31,144 nucleotides of DNA. It comes from an uncultured Deinococcales bacterium (GTDB taxonomy: Bacteria; Deinococcota; Deinococci; Deinococcales; JAAFIG01). A program made the position numbers and the translations under genes. The stretch's first letter is position 1. Every line of letters starts with the position of its first letter. This document shows, in pieces, positions 25,042-31,144 of the stretch. A model generated the notes under the pieces. It saw only the letters and a program-made list of their open reading frames with translations. It searched no databases and was not told where the DNA came from. The stretch is taken from contig CAXTTL010000030.1 in NCBI GenBank assembly GCA_964247135.1, forward strand, positions 1 through 31,144, written 5' to 3'.

Positions 25042-28000
25042 TTAACCTGGAGGACAGACGATGCTGATCTCGCTCGAGGGGCTGACGCTCGTGCCTGCGT
25101 TGTCGGTCACGGTCAGGTCAAGTCTGACCCGCTGGTTGGCAAGGGTTTGGCACAGCACCACAGGTTCGCTGAACAGAAAGTTGTACGTCGCCGTAACAGA
25201 AAGCGCCCAAGGGACGGTTGCCGTGCTGCCAAGTCCAAGCGGTGTTCCTTGAACCGCTCCAGCGTCAGAAAGCTTGGTGGCTTTCCACAGGTACGTGTAC
25301 GGCGCAACGCCGCCCGAAACACTCGAGCTGAGGCTGAGGGTGTCCGCCCCACCGCTGCTGGTAAACGTGTACACGGGTTTGGGTCTGGCGGGTGCAACGG
25401 TAATGCTGGCGCTCAAAGCCGAGATGCTCGAGCAATAGCCTTTGGGAACCGTGATGTTGAGCGGGAAGAAACTGTTGTTGGTGAAATCTGATTCGTCAAT
25501 GGTGTGCGCGTCGTTGATCGTGACCTTAAACTGATGCGAACCCTCCATTGCGCCAGGGTCGGCGGCATAGTAGGGAATGTTGAAGGTGATGGTTGGCTCG
25601 GTTGGGGTCGGTGGTGGCTCGAGCGCGGGCACATCGGCGGTTCCGACCCAGTCGGTGTGGAGCGAATCGTAAGCCTTTAAGCTGCCTGCGGCGGCGGGGC
25701 TGGCAACATTGCCAAAGTTACGGACTTCGGCTTGGACGATCAGCACGGGTTGGTCTTTTTGGCAAACTTGCCCCAAGCTGACGGTTGCCGATTTGATGAA
25801 CAGATCGGGTTTTTGCACGACCGACGGCTTCTTGATGATGATGCCCGAGCAAACCGCATTGTTGGCTTCATCCGATTCGACCACCTTGGCAAACGGGTCA
25901 ACTCGAGTGCAGAGGTAGTAACTTCCCTCTGGCGTGTCGCTGGGAATGATGCCGCCCGCCGGCAGGGTCACACTTGCGCCAAGTGCGAGGTCTGGCGTGG
26001 CTGAGACTCTCGAGATCAGCATGTCTTCCATGTAAGTGGCGCTGGCGCTGGCTGCCCCCGTCGGAACGCTGGTGTCGCTCGAGAGGATCAAATCAATCAT
26101 GTAACCCTGGCTTGGGTTCAGTGTGCCGCTCGTGCCAGGTGCGGGGGCAAGACCAGCGTTTTCGACTCTGACGCTCGAGCTTGCGCCAAGGTCAGTGCCT
26201 GGGGTGACGCCCGTTGGGCTGATCGGGTTGGCTTCGAGGTCGGGTTTAATCAGCTCGAGTCTGGCTGTCGGGGCGGGCGTTCTGGCTGCCGCCTGAGCGA
26301 AGCTTTCGTCGTTGGTCAGCGCCACATCGGTGATGCAACCCTCGAGCGTGAACGGGTTGGTCACTCCAGCCGCGTCGCAAATGCCTCGAGCGCGGGCGCG
26401 ATCAGCCTCAGAGAGGCTCGGGGTGTTGTTGGGGAAAGCAGCCAGATCAAAGCCCCCGAACGATTCGCCGGTCAGGTAGACGAACAAGGATTCGGACAGG
26501 TTGGGAATACGCCAGGAATTGTTGTATTCGCCGTAAAACTGGGCGAACGGTGCTGGTTGTGGCAGCACAGCGCCCGCTCGGGTTTGAATCTCGTCGGTGA
26601 GGTTGGCATTGAAGTTGCCCGCCAGACCCTTGAGTGCGCCGCGCCTCGTTTCGGTCGGATAGACACTCACATTGAGATAACCGTAGTCCACAACAACGAT
26701 CTTCTCGCCGTGAGCGAAATCAAAAGTGTAGCTGTTCGCCGATTTGGAGATTCTGTTGCCCGCACCAAGCTCGAGTCCGGCGGCAGGGATCGCCGTCGGT
26801 GTGCCCAAAACACCGAGGCGCAAGGTGGTTGTTCCCTCGGCGTACAGACCGACCGTCTGACCATTCATGCGGGTTGCAAATGCCGTGGTGATGCTGACGG
26901 TGTGTGATGTTCCGTAGGGTTTCATGCGAAGCTGGACCCGAAAGTCGTCGCTGGTGGACTGCACATAATCGTACTCGCCCGCACCCTGAAAATCAAAATA
27001 CAGACCATCGAGCGAGACAAAGTGCGGGTCGCCCCAATCCGTCGTGCTCGGACCGGTCGGCGTGAGGGGATTGGTGATGACATCGCGTCCAGCCTCGTCG
27101 CCATTTCGGATTGCCATTCTCGAGCCTGTCTCGAATGCCCCAGCAAAAGTTTCTGTGCCGTCGTTGTACGCATAAACGCGCACCTTGAGCGTCCGACCTG
27201 CGGGCAGGCTGGCGGCGGGAATCGTGAAATTCCGTGCGGTGTTTGGCAGGTCGCTCGAGGTGAACGCATTTGTACCGTTGCCCAAGTCATCAACACGCAC
27301 CACAAAACGGTCTGGGTTGACTGAGCTTGTCCAGGTCACAGCAAGCGGACTCGAGACGTTGACGCTGGCATTCGCGGCGGGTGCGGTCATGGCTGGCGCC
27401 TCGGGCACCCAGTCGTAGGCGGCAAGGCTGCACTCGCCAGATTGGACGCGCAAGAACAAGCCGTTGCCGACTGCGACGGCGGAGGTAAGCTCGTCTTGGT
27501 AGAGGTTTGTTGGTTTGATGCCGATGGCTTCGCCATTGACGGTGACGCTTGCCGTGAGCAAATCCACACCCGCCTTTGAGACTCGAATATTCTGAAATTT
27601 CGCGCCCATGTCTGTGCCACGCATCAGCATTCGGTCACACACCAACGGCGTGACTGGCGATTCTTCGGACGGTGTGCCCTCCTTGCCATCGGTGCTGATT
27701 GCCAAGACTTTGAACTTGAACTTTTGGGCATTGGTTAAGCCCGAGTCCCTGAACGAAAAGTGCCTGATCTTAAATTTGGGTCTGGCACTTCGCGGCTCGA
27801 GGGTTGGCGCTCTTTGACCCGAAGTGATCGGCGCGGCGTTGACCTTCAAGCCATCGCGGTAGACGTTGTAGCCAGCAATATTGGGGTCGTCCTCACCCTG
27901 CCAGAAGACCACGGCGGCATGGTCTTCTGGCACAACGGTCACGTCGGTAGGTGCGCTCAAGCTCGAGCCGTCAGGTGGCGTGACCGGGCAGGCGGTGAGC

Positions 28001-28206
28001 AGCATCATGCCGAACAAGGTTGCCAACAGTCCCCGTCGAATCACGGCTTTGGATCGGCGTGGCGGCTCTGGCGGTGAACTCGAGTAGGCATATTTGAGTT
28101 TCTGGTGTTGCTGTGCCTCAAAGTGAAGGCTCGAGAGATGGCTGCGTCCAGGGTTGACCATGTTTTGTATCCCCTGGTGTTCGATGCGATCTTGATTGTT
28201 CCTCAT
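25042..28206 (-). CDS. Large surface lipoprotein with Fn3, VWD (GDPH) and two CARDB-like domains
   Basis: AAGGAG RBS; LTAC lipobox; Fn3 AGYNVYRDG; VWD WGDPHFVSLDGLYFDFQGAGEY..GLAGNFN; KPDL..ESDE.NN CARDB-like repeats. Confidence 0.82.
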   Translation of the reverse strand: MRNNQDRIEHQGIQNMVNPGRSHLSSLHFEAQQHQKLKYAYSSSPPEPPRRSKAVIRRGLLATLFGMMLLTACPVTPPDGSSLSAPTDVTVVPEDHAAVVFWQGEDDPNIAGYNVYRDGLKVNAAPITSGQRAPTLEPRSARPKFKIRHFSFRDSGLTNAQKFKFKVLAISTDGKEGTPSEESPVTPLVCDRMLMRGTDMGAKFQNIRVSKAGVDLLTASVTVNGEAIGIKPTNLYQDELTSAVAVGNGLFLRVQSGECSLAAYDWVPEAPAMTAPAANASVNVSSPLAVTWTSSVNPDRFVVRVDDLGNGTNAFTSSDLPNTARNFTIPAASLPAGRTLKVRVYAYNDGTETFAGAFETGSRMAIRNGDEAGRDVITNPLTPTGPSTTDWGDPHFVSLDGLYFDFQGAGEYDYVQSTSDDFRVQLRMKPYGTSHTVSITTAFATRMNGQTVGLYAEGTTTLRLGVLGTPTAIPAAGLELGAGNRISKSANSYTFDFAHGEKIVVVDYGYLNVSVYPTETRRGALKGLAGNFNANLTDEIQTRAGAVLPQPAPFAQFYGEYNNSWRIPNLSESLFVYLTGESFGGFDLAAFPNNTPSLSEADRARARGICDAAGVTNPFTLEGCITDVALTNDESFAQAAARTPAPTARLELIKPDLEANPISPTGVTPGTDLGASSSVRVENAGLAPAPGTSGTLNPSQGYMIDLILSSDTSVPTGAASASATYMEDMLISRVSATPDLALGASVTLPAGGIIPSDTPEGSYYLCTRVDPFAKVVESDEANNAVCSGIIIKKPSVVQKPDLFIKSATVSLGQVCQKDQPVLIVQAEVRNFGNVASPAAAGSLKAYDSLHTDWVGTADVPALEPPPTPTEPTITFNIPYYAADPGAMEGSHQFKVTINDAHTIDESDFTNNSFFPLNITVPKGYCSSISALSASITVAPARPKPVYTFTSSGGADTLSLSSSVSGGVAPYTYLWKATKLSDAGAVQGTPLGLGSTATVPWALSVTATYNFLFSEPVVLCQTLANQRVRLDLTVTDNAGTSVSPSSEISIVCPPG

Positions 28207-28242
28207 GGCGTTCTCCTTCTCGACCCTGCTGGTCGTGAACAG

Positions 28243-28310
28243 AAGGTAGTCCGAGCTGCGACACAAGGGCGACACAAGAACGCTCGGGTTTTAATCTCGA
28301 GCGTTACAAG
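28243..28310 (-). promoter_or_regulatory. SARP/AfsR-type direct-repeat operator and -10 box
   Basis: CTTGTGTCGC twice at 11-bp periodicity (28258-28278), 9 nt upstream of TACCTT; a third 8/10 copy CTTGTAACGC at 28301-28310. Confidence 0.65.
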
Positions 28311-28328
28311 CTGTCCAGGACTGAATTT

Positions 28329-31144
28329 TTACTGATTCAAAACACCGAGCAGAATCTGATTGATGGGCATCTCGAGGAAGGCAAGCCGCAATGCTGGGTC
28401 GCGCAGTTGCTCGAGGTGGTTTCGGGCTTCGGTTCGGGCGGTCTCGAGAATACTTTCGGCTTCGAGCTTGCGCCCATTGGCTTCGAGCGCTTGGGCATGA
28501 ACCAGGCGCACCGTTTCGGGCAGCGCTTCCCGGATTCCGCTGCCCGACTCGAGCAAGGTCATGGCTTGGCTGGTGTCCTCGAGTGCAGGGATGGCTCGAT
28601 TCAATTTGAGCTGCGTACTGGCTCGAGCACTCAAGGTCAAAATCCGATCCGTCATCGAACTGGTGCTGGCGGCAGTCTCGAGCGCCCGGTTGGCGGCTTC
28701 GAGCGCGGCAGAAAAATCACCAAACTCATTCAGCAATTGCACCAAATGGCATAGGCAGTGCGAGACCAAACGGTGGTTGCCGGTGCGCGTCCCAAGGGCG
28801 ATGGCAGCCTCGAGTTCGGCTTTGGCTTCATCAAACCGTCCAAGACCGCGAAGCGCACCGACTCGGGTGTCCCGAACAAAACCCTCGAGTTGACGCAGAC
28901 CATCGCGGGTGGCAATCTGGAGCGCCGCGTCTGAATTTTCGAGCGCCTTTTGAAAACTGCCGTACAAATTGAGCATGGTGGCGCGGTTGTTGTGCAGCCT
29001 GGCTTTCAAGATTGGGCTGGCGGCGAACTGCCACGCCTCGAGTGCGGCGGCGTTTTGCTCGAGCGCGGTTTGAGGTTGCCCGAGGGTGGCGTAGAGAATG
29101 GATTGCCAATTGAGGGACAGCGCGAGTTGGCGTGAATCGAATTGTTGTGCCAACGCGACGGCTTGGCTGGCTCGCTCGAGCGCCTTAGAAAAATCTTCAA
29201 CGTAATAGCTGGCTTCGGCAAGTCGAACCATTGCCTGAACGTGCTCAGAGCCGCCCAGTGGCTCGAGCAGGGCATACGCGCGTTCGGCTGCCTCGAGCGC
29301 TTTCTGCGGCTGCCCAGTCAACGACCAGAGGTTTGAGCGGCGCAGGAGCACCGTACCGAGTTGTTCGGAAGTGCTGGCACGATTCTCAAGCGCGTCAAGG
29401 TCTGTCTCTTGGATTTGCCGCTCGCCAAGTTCACGCGCCAGACGTTCATGCTCGAGCAACCATTCAAATCGCTCAAAAGCATCGGTTTTGGCAAGCTCGA
29501 GCGCCCGCGTGAAGTAAGCGAGGGCTTGGGGCAAGTTAAACAGCGTTGAGGCTGCCAGCGCGGCTTTAGCCCAGTGTGGCGCGGCTTCGGGATGCCGACC
29601 TGCCTGCTCGAGGTGAATGGCAATTGGGGCGCTCGGTCCGCCGCTTGTTTCGAGTTCCCGGGCGAGCCGACGGTGAATCAAACGGCGTCGCTCCAAGCCA
29701 AGTTCCTCGGCTTGGGTGCGGCGAATCAGATCGTGGCTAAATTGATAACCGCCCGCAGTCTCGCGCAACAAGCCCGCCAAAATCGCTTGCTCGAGTGCCT
29801 CGATTGCCTCCCATTCGGCGAGGGCGCTGACCCCCGCGACGGTGCTCAATTGAAACGGTTCGGAAGCCAGGCTGCCAACCTCCAACAAACGCCGCGTCGC
29901 CGAACCCAAACGGTTCGATCTTGCCAGAATGGCTTCGCGCACGGTGGCTGGAATCGGCAATTCGCGGTAATCCTCGGTGGACTCGTCGTAAGGCGTGGTC
30001 CAGATGCCGTCCGAATTGATGAACAACTCACCAGACTCGAACAGGGTTCGCAGCGTCTCGAGCACAAAAAACGGATTTCCGCCAGTCGAGGCATAGAGCC
30101 GACGTGGGAACAAGACCAGCGCATCACCGCAAAGTTGTTCCATCAATTCGCTGATTCCAGCCTCATCGAGCGGTTCGAGTTCGATCAACTCGATCACATC
30201 AGCTTTCATCAAGGCTCGAAGTTGCGCCTCGAGGGCGGGGGTCAGACCGTCAAACCGCACGGTGGCGATTGTCGGTCTGGCAATACCGCGCTCGAGCAAT
30301 CTGGCGGCGGCAAAATTGCCCATCTCGAGGCTGGAGGCATCAAAATACTGAAGGTCGTCGCTGACCAGCAGGTCAAATCTGGTGTACACCGCCATCAGGT
30401 ATTCGCCAAACGCATCAAACAAGCGCAAACGATCACCCTCGGACTGCATGGCGGGCATGGTTTCATCACTCAATTCAGGCACCAACCTCGAGAGTTCGCG
30501 CCGCACCCAGGCGGGCAATTCCAAATCAGGTTCGAGGGTGAGGACCTGACGAATCGCCCGTGAAAGCGTCGAAAATGGCACGTTGGCATCGTGCGGCTGA
30601 CCGCGATTGAGGTGATACCGACCCTTAAAAGCCGCGAACTCTCGTAGCAGCCGACTCTTTCCAATACCCGCCTCGCCCGCCAACAGCACGGGTTTGCCTT
30701 CACGGCAAGCTTGCTCGAGTTTTTGCCAGGTTGCGGCACGTCCGATCAAAGGCGATTCAAGACCAGGTGTCTGCACCACACCAGGTTGTTCCGTCAAAAT
30801 CTGAACTCCTCGAGCGCGGGCGCGTTCGGCGACCGCCACCGTTTCTGGCAGCGGCTCGAGCGCAAATTCACGGCGCAAAACCGTCTGGCAGCGCTCGAAT
30901 TGCCTCAGTGCCGCCTCGCGCTGACCGAGCAAAATCTGCAAACGCATCGTCTCGCGGTGATGGCGTTCTTGCAGTTCATCCTCCGCCAGCAGCCTCAAAT
31001 ACGCCTCGAGCGCCGCTCGGGCATCGCCAGCCGCTTCACGCGCCCGCGCGGCATTCTCGAGCGCCTTGGCGTGTTCTGACGCCATTGCCTCACGCGCCAG
31101 CGGCAACCACCCGTCAAAACCTGGTGCGCCGCGCAACTCCAAGC
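28329..31144 (-). CDS. BTAD-AAA(STAND)-TPR transcriptional regulator, 5' end outside the window
   Basis: BTAD DELQERHHRETMRL..LEPLPET; Walker A GEAGIGKS; Walker B LLVSDDLQ; GGNPFF; FSHDLIR; C-terminal TPR array. Confidence 0.9.
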   Translation of the reverse strand, partial: LELRGAPGFDGWLPLAREAMASEHAKALENAARAREAAGDARAALEAYLRLLAEDELQERHHRETMRLQILLGQREAALRQFERCQTVLRREFALEPLPETVAVAERARARGVQILTEQPGVVQTPGLESPLIGRAATWQKLEQACREGKPVLLAGEAGIGKSRLLREFAAFKGRYHLNRGQPHDANVPFSTLSRAIRQVLTLEPDLELPAWVRRELSRLVPELSDETMPAMQSEGDRLRLFDAFGEYLMAVYTRFDLLVSDDLQYFDASSLEMGNFAAARLLERGIARPTIATVRFDGLTPALEAQLRALMKADVIELIELEPLDEAGISELMEQLCGDALVLFPRRLYASTGGNPFFVLETLRTLFESGELFINSDGIWTTPYDESTEDYRELPIPATVREAILARSNRLGSATRRLLEVGSLASEPFQLSTVAGVSALAEWEAIEALEQAILAGLLRETAGGYQFSHDLIRRTQAEELGLERRRLIHRRLARELETSGGPSAPIAIHLEQAGRHPEAAPHWAKAALAASTLFNLPQALAYFTRALELAKTDAFERFEWLLEHERLARELGERQIQETDLDALENRASTSEQLGTVLLRRSNLWSLTGQPQKALEAAERAYALLEPLGGSEHVQAMVRLAEASYYVEDFSKALERASQAVALAQQFDSRQLALSLNWQSILYATLGQPQTALEQNAAALEAWQFAASPILKARLHNNRATMLNLYGSFQKALENSDAALQIATRDGLRQLEGFVRDTRVGALRGLGRFDEAKAELEAAIALGTRTGNHRLVSHCLCHLVQLLNEFGDFSAALEAANRALETAASTSSMTDRILTLSARASTQLKLNRAIPALEDTSQAMTLLESGSGIREALPETVRLVHAQALEANGRKLEAESILETARTEARNHLEQLRDPALRLAFLEMPINQILLGVLNQ

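Larger units (their letters stand above)
85..31031. repeat. Highly iterated palindrome CTCGAG dispersed across the window
   Basis: About 210 copies by manual tally (roughly 1 per 150 bp) against about 8 expected; found in all three reading frames and in intergenic DNA. Confidence 0.95.

Noticed and set aside
29574-30563. 329-aa plus-strand ORF
   Set aside because: Antisense shadow of the BTAD-AAA regulator

Overview
Chromosomal window from a moderate-GC bacterium, most likely Deinococcota/Deinococcales, inferred from gene content and leaderless TANNNT promoters. From left to right: a tRNA 3' end (possible att remnant) with terminator; an Agd3/CE18-like deacetylase lipoprotein, a TPR-GGDEF diguanylate cyclase and an S8 protease lipoprotein; a thiolase; a DUF4388, HAMP-terminated receptor and orphan PotD-like binding protein trio; a divergent CimA-like synthase; a RelE/ParE toxin-antitoxin pair; a BaeSR-like two-component system divergent from a two-TolC/MFP/MacB-type ABC export operon; a Nudix hydrolase with pdxT and pdxS, the latter two separated by a REP-like element; and a BTAD-STAND-TPR regulator upstream of a large Fn3/VWD/CARDB lipoprotein and a 60-aa protein. 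The strongest signal outside genes is the palindrome CTCGAG, about 210 copies by manual tally against about 8 expected. It behaves like a HIP1-type highly iterated palindrome and forms the stems of two terminators. No CRISPR array, rRNA or transposase was seen. All family calls come from motif recognition, not database searches.
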